Shown here piece by piece: positions 18,522 to 28,938 of a stretch of 64,000 nucleotides of DNA. Below the pieces are notes generated by a model. It ran no database searches, had not been told where the DNA came from, and was given only the letters and a program-made list of their open reading frames with translations. Both the position numbers and the translations under genes were made by a program. How positions within the stretch are numbered: the first letter of the stretch is position 1; the number at the start of each line of letters is the position of its first letter. Source of the stretch: an uncultured Ruminococcus sp. (lineage in GTDB: Bacteria > Bacillota > Clostridia > Oscillospirales > Ruminococcaceae); the NCBI GenBank assembly GCA_964472035.1, contig CAYYIT010000007.1:279-64278 (forward strand). Reading direction: 5' to 3'.

Positions 18522-20735
18522 ATGCTTATGTATTGTCTCAAATGCGGACGGGAGATTCCGGACAACGCGAAATTCTGTACCCATTGCGGTGCAGTGACAG
18601 CAAATGCGCAGACGTCCAATAGCCCCTACCCCAGAGGGCAGGAACCCAAAGGGCAGACGCCCAATGACCCCTACCCGAACGGGCAGTATCTGAACGATCC
18701 CTATTCCCAGAACCAACCACCCTATGATCCGTATCAGGATCCCTATCCCCCCTATGATGAACAGCCGCCCGTTTCCGGCTATACGGAACCTCCGATGCCG
18801 CCGAAGAAAAAGAAATCGAACGGTCTTACCGTCGCACTGATCTGCATTGCCGTATTCCTGATCGCAGGACTGACAGCGGTGGGTGTGCTGGTGTACAAGG
18901 AGATGTCCGGCGGTAAGAATGACACCTCCGACTCCGACTCCGACAAAAAGGACGATAAGGACAAAGACAAGGATTCCAAGGACGACAAGGACGATGAGGA
19001 CAGCGAAGAGGAAGAAGAAGAAACCATCGATTACAGCTTGGATCTTTCTGAAGCAGAGGCGCTTCTGACCTCGTGCAGCTATGCGGATGCACTTGAGCTC
19101 CTTGAAAGTATGGAGATCGATGAGTCCCATGCGGACTACGAATACTTCAGCTCCATGATGCTTGCTGCAACCGCTGCACCGGAGATCGACAGTGTGGACA
19201 GCGATACCTATCCTTCTATGACGGTACGCCTCAATCATGAGGATCTGCAGGACTACGAACTGACGACCGAGAATGTTCTCCTGCTCGAAAATGACACGGA
19301 GATCACAAGCTATGAAGTCAGCACGGACGCTGACGGCAATACGCTGATCACCTACACGACGGATTCCACCGAATCCGGCGAAGATGTCACTGTAAATGTG
19401 GAGATCACATTCGGTACGATCACCATTCCGCTGAGTACGACCTTCACCGTTCCGACACTGGATCCGGCCAATATCGAATTTGTCAGCGCGGATGTCAGCG
19501 AATACCCTGTTGTAAAGATCTATCTGCGTGTGACCGATCCCAATACGGACGAAGCCATCGAGAATCTGCTCATGGAATCCTTTGTCGTTGAAGAACGCCT
19601 CGAAGGCGGCGAGTATCTTTCCCGTGAAGTCAACAATGCCTTCTCGCTGGAAGGCAATGCCGGTCTGAACACTGCGCTTGTTGCAGACAAGAGCGACAGC
19701 ATCAGCGACTACGACATGGATAAGATCAAGTCCGTCATGACGGAGTTCGTCAACAGCATGGACTTCGATGCCGGCGACCAGGCCATGGTCATCGCGTTCG
19801 ACTCCATCGTTCAGACCATGTGTACCTTTACAAACGATCAGGACCGCCTGAACCATGGTATCGAAAACATGTCCACAGACGGCAGAACTGCCTGCTATGA
19901 TGCGATCTACAATGCGGTACAGAATGCTTCTTTCAAGGGCGGCGCACGCTGCGTGATCGCCTTCACAGACGGCTATGACAACGAGAGCATTCACACACCC
20001 GAAGAAGTGATCTACTACGCCAACACCATGCAGGTTCCGCTCTACATCATCGGCGTCGGCGATCAGTTCGACACCTATGAGCTGCAGAATATGGCATCCA
20101 GCACGAACGGCAGATACTGGGATATCGATGACCTGTACGATCTGGAAGAGATCTTCAATGCGATCTATGTGGAACAGAAGGATCTGTATGTGATCGAATA
20201 CGAAAGCGATACTGATGCGGATGCGGATGCACCGAGAGATATCATTGTGGAAATGAACGGCAGCGGATATACCGCAGATCTGAGTACATCTTTCACACCC
20301 ATTATCTCTGCGGATTCCTCCCACACATCACGCTATGAGATCTTTACAGCGGACGTTTCCTGGGAAGAGGCAAACGCACTCTGTATCCAGAACGGCGGTC
20401 ATCTGGCAACCATCACGGATTCTGCCGAAGAGCAGGAACTGATCGAAATGGCTGAAGCTGCAGGTCTGGACTACATCTGGCTTGGCGGCTATACATCATA
20501 TGACAGCTACAACAATGTCTTTGCACACTGGATCACCGGTGAAGAATTCAATTACCAGAACTGGGCCGACGGCGAGCCTTCCCGTCAGGATCTTGACGGC
20601 ACGCCGGAATGGTACCTCATGCTGTGGAACATCGAATCCCTTGGCGGCTGGACATGGAATGACCAGCGAAACGACCCCGTATCCGAGGTCAGCTATATGA
20701 GCGGCAAGATCGGCTACATCTGCGAATATGAGTAA
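18522..20735 (+). CDS. Membrane-anchored protein: N-terminal zinc ribbon, P/Y/Q-rich linker, TM helix, acidic linker, vWA domain, C-terminal C-type lectin domain
   Basis: The start is ATG 18522 or 18528 (AGGAG at 18512-18516). Zinc ribbon: CLKCGREIPDNAKFCTHCG. TM: LTVALICIAVFLIAGLTAVGVLVY. vWA MIDAS: DKSDS...TDG...AFTDGYDN (about 19665-20183). CTLD: SWEEANALCIQNGGHLATI...YIWLGG...WADGEPS...WTWNDQRND...GYICEYE (about 20331-20732). Confidence 0.8.
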   Translation: MLMYCLKCGREIPDNAKFCTHCGAVTANAQTSNSPYPRGQEPKGQTPNDPYPNGQYLNDPYSQNQPPYDPYQDPYPPYDEQPPVSGYTEPPMPPKKKKSNGLTVALICIAVFLIAGLTAVGVLVYKEMSGGKNDTSDSDSDKKDDKDKDKDSKDDKDDEDSEEEEEETIDYSLDLSEAEALLTSCSYADALELLESMEIDESHADYEYFSSMMLAATAAPEIDSVDSDTYPSMTVRLNHEDLQDYELTTENVLLLENDTEITSYEVSTDADGNTLITYTTDSTESGEDVTVNVEITFGTITIPLSTTFTVPTLDPANIEFVSADVSEYPVVKIYLRVTDPNTDEAIENLLMESFVVEERLEGGEYLSREVNNAFSLEGNAGLNTALVADKSDSISDYDMDKIKSVMTEFVNSMDFDAGDQAMVIAFDSIVQTMCTFTNDQDRLNHGIENMSTDGRTACYDAIYNAVQNASFKGGARCVIAFTDGYDNESIHTPEEVIYYANTMQVPLYIIGVGDQFDTYELQNMASSTNGRYWDIDDLYDLEEIFNAIYVEQKDLYVIEYESDTDADADAPRDIIVEMNGSGYTADLSTSFTPIISADSSHTSRYEIFTADVSWEEANALCIQNGGHLATITDSAEEQELIEMAEAAGLDYIWLGGYTSYDSYNNVFAHWITGEEFNYQNWADGEPSRQDLDGTPEWYLMLWNIESLGGWTWNDQRNDPVSEVSYMSGKIGYICEYE

Positions 20736-20769
20736 GCATTCAAAAATTGTCAAAGGATGAAGGAAAAGG

Positions 20770-22191
20770 ATGAAAGAACATACAAAACTCAATAAGGGCC
20801 ACCTGATCTTCGCGATCGCGATGATCTGCGTACTGGTTCTGATCATTATCGGCACACTGATACTGCTGCTGCCCGGGGCTTCCAAAAAGGAATCCCCTTC
20901 CGGCGATCACTCCTCCGTGCTGCTCAGCGCGGAGGACGGCAGCACGGAGGCAGCAACAGAAGCGGACACGGACACGGTTACGGAGGACAGTTCCGGAACG
21001 GCAACGGAAAGCTCTGCGGAATCAGAAGCTCCGGAAAGCAATGTGGACAGCACGGAGGCTGCTTCCGAGGAAGAAACCCTCTTCCCGGACAGCACACCGG
21101 ATATTCCTGAAGCACCGGTTGGACTGGAAGCCTGCATGTTCGGCCTGACGCCGGATGAACAGGCAAAGGTCTATGAGATCATGGAGGGCATGACGCTCCG
21201 CGAGAAGATCTACCAGATGATGATCGTTCCCCCGTCACAGATCACAGGCGTAACCAACGTCGTGGCTGCCGGCAGCGGCACACAGAGTGCGCTTGCGCAG
21301 CATCCGGTCGGCGGTCTGTTCTACAACGCCACCAATATGGAGTCGCAGGATCAGGTCGCAACGATGCTCTCCAATACACAGAGCTACTGCGAGATCCCCG
21401 TACTTACCATGTGCGATGAAGAGGGCGGCGTGGTATCCCGATTGATGAAAAACGTCGGAACGACATGGGTCGGTTCCATGCTCGACTATGAGGAACAGGG
21501 ACCGGACACCGCACGCCAGAACGCGCAGACGATCGCCTCCGATATGGCAAGACTCGGCTTCAATCTCGATCTTGCACCCGTAGCGGACGTCTGGTCGAAT
21601 CCCTCCAACACTGTCATTGCAGAGCGCGCCTACAGCACGGATTTTGCCACTGCTGCGACACTGATCCCGGCTGCGGTGGAGGGCTTCCATCAGGGCGGTG
21701 TTGCATGCACACTGAAGCACTTCCCCGGCCATGGTGACACGGCAGCAGATTCCCACTATTCTACCGTTATTGTGAACAAGACCCTTGATGAACTGCGTGC
21801 CAACGAGCTGCTGCCGTTCCAGGCAGGCATTGATGCCGGTGCGGACGCGGTCATGATGGCACATCTCACACTGCCGCAGGTCGATGAACAGCCCGCACTG
21901 TTCTCCCACGCGATCGTTACGGATCTGCTCCGCACGGAGATGGGCTTCCAGGGCGTTATTATGACGGACGCGCTGGAAATGGCGGCTATTGCGGATTATT
22001 ACAGTTCCGGAACGACTGCTGTCAAGGCGGTTTCTGCCGGCGTGGACATGCTGCTCGGCCCCGTCAGTCTGTCAGAATCCGTCAATGCACTGGAAAACGC
22101 GGTCAATGATGGTACACTTACCGAAGAACGCATTAACCAGAGCGTTGCGCGCATTCTTGCACTGAAGGTGCGGAGAGGAATTATTGACTAA
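20770..22191 (+). CDS. GH3 N-terminal-domain glycosidase (beta-N-acetylhexosaminidase/NagZ-like) with an N-terminal TM anchor and an S/T/E-rich linker
   Basis: TM segment HLIFAIAMICVLVLIIIGTLILLL, plus KHFPGHGDT and GVIMTDALEMAAI motifs. Confidence 0.8.
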   Translation: MKEHTKLNKGHLIFAIAMICVLVLIIIGTLILLLPGASKKESPSGDHSSVLLSAEDGSTEAATEADTDTVTEDSSGTATESSAESEAPESNVDSTEAASEEETLFPDSTPDIPEAPVGLEACMFGLTPDEQAKVYEIMEGMTLREKIYQMMIVPPSQITGVTNVVAAGSGTQSALAQHPVGGLFYNATNMESQDQVATMLSNTQSYCEIPVLTMCDEEGGVVSRLMKNVGTTWVGSMLDYEEQGPDTARQNAQTIASDMARLGFNLDLAPVADVWSNPSNTVIAERAYSTDFATAATLIPAAVEGFHQGGVACTLKHFPGHGDTAADSHYSTVIVNKTLDELRANELLPFQAGIDAGADAVMMAHLTLPQVDEQPALFSHAIVTDLLRTEMGFQGVIMTDALEMAAIADYYSSGTTAVKAVSAGVDMLLGPVSLSESVNALENAVNDGTLTEERINQSVARILALKVRRGIID

Positions 22192-22198
22192 TATTCCA

Positions 22199-22231
22199 CC
22201 CCCTGTCGGAGGATTCCGGCAGGGGGTTTTT
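22199..22231 (+). terminator. Rho-independent terminator after the GH3 gene
   Basis: CCCCCTG-14-nt loop-CAGGGGG followed by TTTTT. Confidence 0.7.
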
Positions 22232-22348
22232 ATTTGTTCTTGCTGAAATTTTACAGTTTGATAACGCATTTTTGTGAGAAATGTGCTATACTGAAGGTGA
22301 TATTGTATGTATACGGACAAAAATTCCATTTAAGGAGGTTTGTTTTCT

Positions 22349-24694
22349 ATGAAAACATCCATCAGGAACAGAATGACCGCACTTGCATGCAGCCTTGCAA
22401 TGCTCGCCGTCATGGGAAGCTCCGGCGTACTGTTTGCTGAGGAAGTGAATCTGATCACCAACTCCGACTTTACGGCGGGCATTGATGACTGGAGCATGTA
22501 CCATCACAAGGACGCGGCTGCGGAGATCTATGCAGAAAACGGCATGCTTGCGATGACGATCAGCGAGCTGGGTTCGGTGAACTACGCGGTGCAGCTTTCT
22601 TCCAATGCCGTTGCACTGGAAAAGGATGCGTATTATCAGCTGCAATTCGACATTTCTTCGACGCAGGGGCGGTACGTGGACGCCTTCATTCAGCAGAACG
22701 GCGGAAGCTATCAGGCATACGCTGCGCAGGGCATCAATCTGACAACGGAGGTACAGACGATCACGGTCACGTTCCAGATGACGTATGACAGCGCCGAGGC
22801 GAAGCTCGTCCTCAACTGCGGCGACCATAACGAGACGCTTCCGGAACATACGATCTACATCGACAATGTCAGTCTGATCGAAGTGGACGAAAGTCAGGTC
22901 GAGACGTATGAACCCTACGAACCGCCCATCATGACCGATCAGGTCGGCTACCAGCCGGACGCACAGAAGATCGCTGTGTTCCGTGATATCAGCAATGAGA
23001 CGGAGTTCTCGGTCATCAATGCGGAAACAAATGAATCCGTGTATACCGGTTCGCTCTACGGAGAATTTCAGAATACTGCGGCGGATGAAGTCAACTGGTA
23101 CGGTGATTTTTCCGAGGTTACTGAACCCGGACGTTACTATATCACTTGCGGGTCGCTCGACGCCTCCTACCCCTTTACGATTTCAGAGACGGTCTACGAT
23201 GCACTGCTTGATGATACGGTAAGAATGCTCTATCTCCAGCGCTGCGGCATTGCGATCGAGGACGATATCTTCGGGCATCCTGCCTGTCACACCAATGAAG
23301 CGACCATCTACGGGACCGAACAGACACTGGAGATCTGCGGCGGCTGGCATGATGCCGGCGATTTCGGACGGTATGTGGTTCCGGCATCCAAAACCATTGC
23401 CGATCTCCTGTTGGCTTATGAAGCCAATCCGGAGGTTCACAGCGACAGCGTCGGCATTCCGGAAAGCGGAAACGGTATCCCCGATATTCTTGACGAAGCG
23501 CGCTACGGCATCGAATGGATGCTGAAAATGCAGGATTCCGGCGGCGGTGTCTACCATATGGCGATCTGCGACGGCATGCCCGGCAATGTGATGCCGGATA
23601 AGGAAACGAGCATGCAGTACCTCATTCCGATCTCGACCACGGCGACGGCGGATCTCTGTGCGATCATGGCCATGGCGACAGAATACTATGCAGAGATCGA
23701 TGCGGATTTTTCTGCGCGTTGTCTGGAGGCTGCAAAGCGTGCATGGGCATTTTTACAGAAGAATCCTGATCTGATCATGAACGTCGCGACGGACGTTTCC
23801 GAGGGCGCCTATTCCGATACACGGGACGGTGACGAGCGCTACTGGGCTGCCTGCCAGATGTACCGTGCAACGGGCGATGCTTCCTATCTGGATGCGATCG
23901 ATGCCATTACAAGCACCTATTACAAGGACGGACTGGAATGGCACATGGTCGGACATTATGGAAACATTGCACTGCTGACGATGGAAGGCGTTGACACCTC
24001 CTCCAAGCACTATGCAAAGGCGGAGGAAATGCTGCTGAACTGGGTAAATGAATACGCCACTACAAGCACGGAGACCGGCTATCAGACGGCAATCGACCGG
24101 TATACCTGGGGCAGCAATATGTCCGTTGCCAATGCAGGCATCGTTCTCGCGATCGCCCATCGCCTGTCAGGCGATGAAAGCTATCTGGAGATGGCCAGAA
24201 TGCAGCTGCACTATCTGCTCGGACGCAATCCCAACGGCATCTGCTATGTCACAGGCTTTGGTACTGCTTCTCCGCAGAATCCGCATCATCGGCCTTCCAT
24301 TGCGATGGGACAACCGATGCCGGGAATGCTTGTCGGCGGTGTCAATTCGGATCTTGCTGATCCGGCGGCGCAGAAGTATCTTGCGGACATGCCTGCTGCG
24401 AAATGCTATGTTGACCAGAACGGCAGCTACTCTACCAATGAGATCACCACCTACTGGAACTCCCCTCTGATCTATCTGCTGACGCTTGCGACGGAAGCAC
24501 ATGACGCTGCTATCCGGGGTGATGTCAATACGGACGGTGCATTCACCGTCACAGATATCATCATAATGCAGAAATGGCTGCTCTGCGCGGGCGATATCAC
24601 CGACTGGAAGGCCGGAGATCTATGCGAGGACGGTGTCCTGAACGGCTATGACCTCAGCATTATGAAACGTGAACTGATTACAGCAAATACATAA
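22349..24694 (+). CDS. Cellulosomal GH9 endoglucanase: signal peptide, CBM4/9-like module, Ig-like module, GH9 catalytic domain, C-terminal dockerin
   Basis: ATG 22349 follows AAGGAGG. GH9 motifs: [18 protein letters not shown]...[23 protein letters not shown]. Dockerin: GDVNTDGAFTVTDIIIMQKWLL...GDLCEDGVLNGYDLSIMKRELI. Confidence 0.85.
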   Translation: MKTSIRNRMTALACSLAMLAVMGSSGVLFAEEVNLITNSDFTAGIDDWSMYHHKDAAAEIYAENGMLAMTISELGSVNYAVQLSSNAVALEKDAYYQLQFDISSTQGRYVDAFIQQNGGSYQAYAAQGINLTTEVQTITVTFQMTYDSAEAKLVLNCGDHNETLPEHTIYIDNVSLIEVDESQVETYEPYEPPIMTDQVGYQPDAQKIAVFRDISNETEFSVINAETNESVYTGSLYGEFQNTAADEVNWYGDFSEVTEPGRYYITCGSLDASYPFTISETVYDALLDDTVRMLYLQRCGIAIEDDIFGHPACHTNEATIYGTEQTLEICGGWHDAGDFGRYVVPASKTIADLLLAYEANPEVHSDSVGIPESGNGIPDILDEARYGIEWMLKMQDSGGGVYHMAICDGMPGNVMPDKETSMQYLIPISTTATADLCAIMAMATEYYAEIDADFSARCLEAAKRAWAFLQKNPDLIMNVATDVSEGAYSDTRDGDERYWAACQMYRATGDASYLDAIDAITSTYYKDGLEWHMVGHYGNIALLTMEGVDTSSKHYAKAEEMLLNWVNEYATTSTETGYQTAIDRYTWGSNMSVANAGIVLAIAHRLSGDESYLEMARMQLHYLLGRNPNGICYVTGFGTASPQNPHHRPSIAMGQPMPGMLVGGVNSDLADPAAQKYLADMPAAKCYVDQNGSYSTNEITTYWNSPLIYLLTLATEAHDAAIRGDVNTDGAFTVTDIIIMQKWLLCAGDITDWKAGDLCEDGVLNGYDLSIMKRELITANT

Positions 24695-24696
24695 CG

Positions 24697-24729
24697 CAAG
24701 AACGCCCCTGTATCACAGGGGCGTTCTTG
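24697..24729. terminator. Bidirectional terminator shared by the two convergent GH9 genes
   Basis: CAAGAACGCCCCTG-tatca-CAGGGGCGTTCTTG, with TTT downstream on the plus strand. Confidence 0.75.
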
Positions 24730-24754
24730 TTTAGGAAGATAAATGCTCAAACAT

Positions 24755-27700
24755 TTACTGGTTGTTGTAGGTTACCCACTGATAGCGTGCGGTCAGAGGA
24801 GTGGTACCGTCATAGGGTGCCAGCCACTCGTCCACGCCGGTGCCCGGCCATGTGTTCATCATGATTCTGCCGGGAGTGGAGGGGATGTTGTCATATGCGG
24901 TGTGTACTGCAACGCCATCGACATACCATGTGATATGATCGGGCTGCCAGTCAAAGCCGTAGGTATGGAAGCCTTCGGAAGCATCGAAGCCGAGGTCATA
25001 GAAGAACTCATGATTGCCGACGCCGTTGGTGTAGTAGTTGAACTGCACCTTGGTGGTATCCTTACCGAGGATCTCGATATCGATCTCATCCCAGGGGTTA
25101 TTCTCGGAGGGGCCTGTGTAGGTGAAGAAGGAGGAGACTACGCCGGGGTTCTTGATGGCCTGCATGGAGGTCTCATAATAACCGTAGCTGTAATGACTGG
25201 AGGTTCTGTACTCTGCGCCGGAGTAGCTGTACTGTCCGGACCAGTCCTGATTGATGGTCAGATTCAGAACGCCGTTATCAAAGGAAGTATTCTGCTTATA
25301 CCAGCCGCAGTCGAAGCAGCTGCCGTTGGTCCAGCCATCGGATGCGAAGAAGTAGGAGTTCTCACCCTTGCTGAAATCAGAAACCATGGTTGCATTTGCA
25401 TTCATAGCAGTGCCGTAAACCGGATAGCCAGCCACGTATTCCTGCTGTGCCGGAGGTTCGGTTGCAGGCGGCTCAGTTGTGGGCTGCTGCTGCACACCGC
25501 CGATCGGAAGTGCATCGATCAGCTTAACAAGGTACTTCATGATGTTGAGCGTATCCGTGGTGTTGATGGTGCTGTTGAGGTCAACGTCAGCGTTCACGCT
25601 GCCCTTCTGGCTGAGCGTCTCAGCACCCATGATGCACTTGCTCAGGAAGATAACGTCCTGAATATTTACATTGCCGTTGCAGTCGGCGTCGCCGTAAACT
25701 GTGTCGGTAGTGTTATTATTGTCCTCTGTCGGTGCATCGGTGGGAGCATCGGTGGGAGCGTCCGTCGGTGCATCCGTCGGCGGCTCAGTCGGAATCTCGG
25801 GCTGTTCAGCTGCATCGCCGGTCAGAGCGATCAGATAGGTCAGAGGAGAGTTCCAGTAAATGGTGATCTCATTGGTAGAATAGCTCTCGGCGTTATCCAC
25901 ATAGCACTTTGCCTCTGCAACGCCGTTCAGATATGCCTTCGCTGCGCTGTCCTCCAGGTTGGAGTTAACACCGCCGACCAGCATACCGGGCATTGCCTGA
26001 TTTGCTGCCATGGACGGGCGATGGTGCGGATTCTGCGGAGCAACCGTACCATAGCCAGTCACGAAGCAGGTACCGAGCGGATTGGTACCGAGCAGATAGT
26101 GCAGCTGATCCTTTGCTGCGTTCTGATACTTGGCTTCACCGGTCAGATCGCTTGCAAGGCTGAGGATAATACCGTAGTTTGCGATGGTCATATTGCTGCC
26201 CCAGTTGTACTCTGTCACTGCATTGCCGTAAGGACAGCTGTTGGATGCGGACAGGAAGGTGTCTGCCTGCTTCAGAACTGCACTCTTTGCATTGGAGTAT
26301 GCAGTGCTGTTCTTATCGATACCGCTCATAGTCAGAAGCGCAATGTTGCCGTAGTCGCCGACTGTGGACCAGTCAAGACCGGTTCTGGAGTATGTGATCG
26401 CGTTCAGATACTTGGAATTGCCGGTGGTGCGGTACAGCTGTGCTGCTGCCCAGTAACGCTCGTCAAGGTCGGTCTTATCGCCGTATTCACCGGTCACGAT
26501 ATCGGAAGGATTCTGGAAAATGAAGTTCGGATTCTGTTCCAGATAACCCCATGCCTTTTCTGCTGCGGACAGGCATTTTGCAGCAAATGTGGAATCATAG
26601 GACTCGTATACCTCTGCAGCCAGTGCCATGGATGCTGCAAAGTCAGCGGTTGCAGTTGTGGAAATGGGAGTTACGATCAGAGCGCCGGTCTCATTCTGGG
26701 GCATTACATAACCCGGGAAGTTCACGCAGGTTACCTTGTGATATACGCCGCCGTCGGAAGCCTGCATCTTGAACATCCAGTCAAGCTCATACTTGACTTC
26801 ATCGAGCAGGTCTGCCTTGCCGTTGCCGCTCTCCGGAATGCCGTAGTTATCGCCGTACAGGCTCGGATTTACCTGATATGCATAGAGCAGGTCAGCCACA
26901 GCCTTTGCTGCGGGAACGATATAACGGCCATAGTCACCGGCATCGTGCCAGCCACCGCTCACGTCGATCTGTTGATTGGTACCGTAGATGGTAGCCATGG
27001 AAGTGTGGCATGCCGGATGGCTGAACTTGCCGCCCTCTACTGCACAGCCGCAGCGCTGCAGGTACAGCATCTTCACGGATTCGTCCAGAAGATCATCATA
27101 GACGGAATCGGAAATGGTAAATGTATAGGAATTGTCCAGTCCGCTGCAGCTGATATAATAAGTGCCGGGAGTGGTCACTGAGGAGAAGTCACCGGTCTGG
27201 TCCGTCTCACCTGCGGAGGAATTGTAGGTGCCGCTGGAAAGATTACCGGTATAGACTACCTGACCGCTCTGTGCATTGACAACGGAGAAGGAACTTGCAT
27301 TGTTTGCGTTTCGGATGACAGCGATCTTTTCATCGCCCGTACGATAGCCCACCTGGTTTGTCAGGATCGGAGCCTCATAGGGTCTTGTGGAACCGTAATC
27401 CACGTTGGAGTCATCGACCAGCTCAAGAGATACGTTGTCAAGATAAATTGTGTGATTGCCCAGGGTGCCGTCCTGTGTCTGAAGGCCGCAGTTGAAAACG
27501 AGCTTTGCCATGATATCGCTTTCAGCTTCCATGGTGAACTCATAATCCACAGTCTGCGGAGTCGGACTGATGTTCAGGCCCTTCCAGGTATATGCCTGAT
27601 AGGTGCCGCCGTTCTGCTGGATCATACCCTCAACAAAACGGTTGGTGGAACAGGAGATATCGTACTTCAGACGATATACACCGTTCTGATACAGCGGAAT

Positions 27701-27961
27701 GATGTCATAGAACATCTGTACGGAATAGGTCAGGGTGCCCGTGCTGCTGATATTCAGCGCAAGTCTGCCGGAATCGGTACCCAGAGTTGCGGCACCGCCG
27801 CTCTCTTTGTAAACTCCCCAGTCCGCAGAGCCACTTTCAAAAGTGGAGTTGCTGATGAGATTTGCTGCAGAAACCGTGGTCAGTGTCATTGGCAGCGCAG
27901 ATGCCATTACGACACAGGCGGACAGTCCGGCAACAATTCTACGAAGCATTTGATTTTTCAT
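24755..27961 (-). CDS. Bifunctional cellulosomal enzyme: signal peptide, CBM4/9-like, Ig-like, GH9 endoglucanase, PTDA linker, internal dockerin, GH16 beta-1,3-1,4-glucanase (lichenase)
   Basis: Start is trimmed to ATG 27961 ([12 protein letters not shown]...). GH9 motifs: [12 protein letters not shown] and [14 protein letters not shown]. Dockerin: [19 protein letters not shown]...[22 protein letters not shown]16 catalytic motif: DEIDIEILG (EIDIE = 25073-25087). Confidence 0.85.
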   Translation of the reverse strand: MKNQMLRRIVAGLSACVVMASALPMTLTTVSAANLISNSTFESGSADWGVYKESGGAATLGTDSGRLALNISSTGTLTYSVQMFYDIIPLYQNGVYRLKYDISCSTNRFVEGMIQQNGGTYQAYTWKGLNISPTPQTVDYEFTMEAESDIMAKLVFNCGLQTQDGTLGNHTIYLDNVSLELVDDSNVDYGSTRPYEAPILTNQVGYRTGDEKIAVIRNANNASSFSVVNAQSGQVVYTGNLSSGTYNSSAGETDQTGDFSSVTTPGTYYISCSGLDNSYTFTISDSVYDDLLDESVKMLYLQRCGCAVEGGKFSHPACHTSMATIYGTNQQIDVSGGWHDAGDYGRYIVPAAKAVADLLYAYQVNPSLYGDNYGIPESGNGKADLLDEVKYELDWMFKMQASDGGVYHKVTCVNFPGYVMPQNETGALIVTPISTTATADFAASMALAAEVYESYDSTFAAKCLSAAEKAWGYLEQNPNFIFQNPSDIVTGEYGDKTDLDERYWAAAQLYRTTGNSKYLNAITYSRTGLDWSTVGDYGNIALLTMSGIDKNSTAYSNAKSAVLKQADTFLSASNSCPYGNAVTEYNWGSNMTIANYGIILSLASDLTGEAKYQNAAKDQLHYLLGTNPLGTCFVTGYGTVAPQNPHHRPSMAANQAMPGMLVGGVNSNLEDSAAKAYLNGVAEAKCYVDNAESYSTNEITIYWNSPLTYLIALTGDAAEQPEIPTEPPTDAPTDAPTDAPTDAPTEDNNNTTDTVYGDADCNGNVNIQDVIFLSKCIMGAETLSQKGSVNADVDLNSTINTTDTLNIMKYLVKLIDALPIGGVQQQPTTEPPATEPPAQQEYVAGYPVYGTAMNANATMVSDFSKGENSYFFASDGWTNGSCFDCGWYKQNTSFDNGVLNLTINQDWSGQYSYSGAEYRTSSHYSYGYYETSMQAIKNPGVVSSFFTYTGPSENNPWDEIDIEILGKDTTKVQFNYYTNGVGNHEFFYDLGFDASEGFHTYGFDWQPDHITWYVDGVAVHTAYDNIPSTPGRIMMNTWPGTGVDEWLAPYDGTTPLTARYQWVTYNNQ
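25728..25792 (-). repeat. 12-bp tandem periodicity encoding the (PTDA)n interdomain linker
   Basis: The plus strand reads tcggtgcatcggtgggagcatcggtgggagcgtccgtcggtgcatccgtcgg. The protein here is [18 protein letters not shown]. Confidence 0.8.
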
Positions 27962-28107
27962 AATACTTTCCCCTCTCAAAATTGTTTGAACCGTTTCCAG
28001 TCGGCAGCGAAACCGACTTTTTACACTTATATTTTAGCGCAGTGCATCCCAAAATGATACAAGATTGTTGACAATAATAGTAAAATATTGACATCAGGCA
28101 CAAAAAA

Positions 28108-28128
28108 GCAGTGCAATTACTGCACTGC
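28108..28128 (-). terminator. Terminator after the AraC-family gene (A-run/T-run flanked, so potentially bidirectional)
   Basis: GCAGTGCA-attac-TGCACTGC, with TTTTTT on the minus strand. Confidence 0.7.
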
Positions 28129-28133
28129 TTTTA

Positions 28134-28871
28134 TCAGATCTCAGGTCCATGGAATTTTTTTCGGTATTCTTTCGGGGTCATGCCCATATATTTGCGGAAC
28201 TGCTTGATAAAGTAGCTCTGCGAACTGAACGCAAGGAGACTGCTGATCTGCGCGTCGCTGTATCCGGAATACAGCAGGAGCTTTGCGGCATTTTCGATCT
28301 TTCTGCGGTTGACAAAATCACTGAAGGTACAGCCCGTCTCCGCTTTGAAAAGCCGCGACAGATATGCCTCACTCAGCTGCAGCGCCTCTGCTGCATCGCT
28401 GAGCAGGATCCTGCTGTGAAGATGCTCATTGATGTACTCGATCGTCTTGACGATCTGCTTGGAGAAGACCGTACTGCACCGCACCGCCTGCATGCGTTTG
28501 GTATAGCCCTCGAGCATCGCCCGGTGGACCTCGCGCACCTCGGCCTCGGTACGGCTCTCATCCGCCTGCATAATATACAGATCGCTCAGCTGATAGGCCA
28601 TCTCCGGCGTCATACCGTATTTGATGCAGAACCGCGCCACCAGTGCCGCCGTAACAACAAGGTGATATTTCAGATTGCGAAGGGCATCCTTGCTCAACAC
28701 ACCGCAGCCCTCGCAGAACAGGGGCGCAGCAAAGAAACGCATCATTTCAAGGTCACCCGAGCCGATGCTCTCATAAAATGCCATCTCACGGTCAAAGGAG
28801 GCACGCTCAAATTGCTCCTCACGCTGGGCAAACAATGCATCAGCCAGCCGTTTTTCCGTTTCACGTTCCAT
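28134..28871 (-). CDS. AraC-family transcriptional regulator
   Basis: 245 aa. The C-terminal HTH region is LSDAAEALQLSEAYLSRLFK...YSDAQISSLLAFSSQSYFIKQFRKYMGMTPKEYRK. Confidence 0.8.
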   Translation of the reverse strand: MERETEKRLADALFAQREEQFERASFDREMAFYESIGSGDLEMMRFFAAPLFCEGCGVLSKDALRNLKYHLVVTAALVARFCIKYGMTPEMAYQLSDLYIMQADESRTEAEVREVHRAMLEGYTKRMQAVRCSTVFSKQIVKTIEYINEHLHSRILLSDAAEALQLSEAYLSRLFKAETGCTFSDFVNRRKIENAAKLLLYSGYSDAQISSLLAFSSQSYFIKQFRKYMGMTPKEYRKKFHGPEI

Positions 28872-28938
28872 TCTGCCGCCCCCTTTCCGGATCTTTCGCT
28901 TATATTATACCATTTCTGCAATGCCGTGTCAATAAAAA

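Noticed and set aside
25728-25792. Short periodic DNA repeats (also at 18650-19020 and 54211-54336), checked as a possible CRISPR or other array.
   Set aside because: All of them lie in frame inside coding regions and encode low-complexity linkers (PTDA, P/Y-rich, D/K/E-rich, ESRREEE). There is no repeat-spacer organisation, and I saw no CRISPR array anywhere in the window.
24743-27181. An 812-aa ORF on the plus strand, antisense to the GH9-dockerin-GH16 gene.
   Set aside because: It lies entirely inside a gene with clear GH9, dockerin and GH16 motifs on the other strand. Its translation is low-complexity (G/V/A/C-rich) with no recognisable motifs or RBS. This is a typical stop-poor antisense frame in GC-rich coding DNA.
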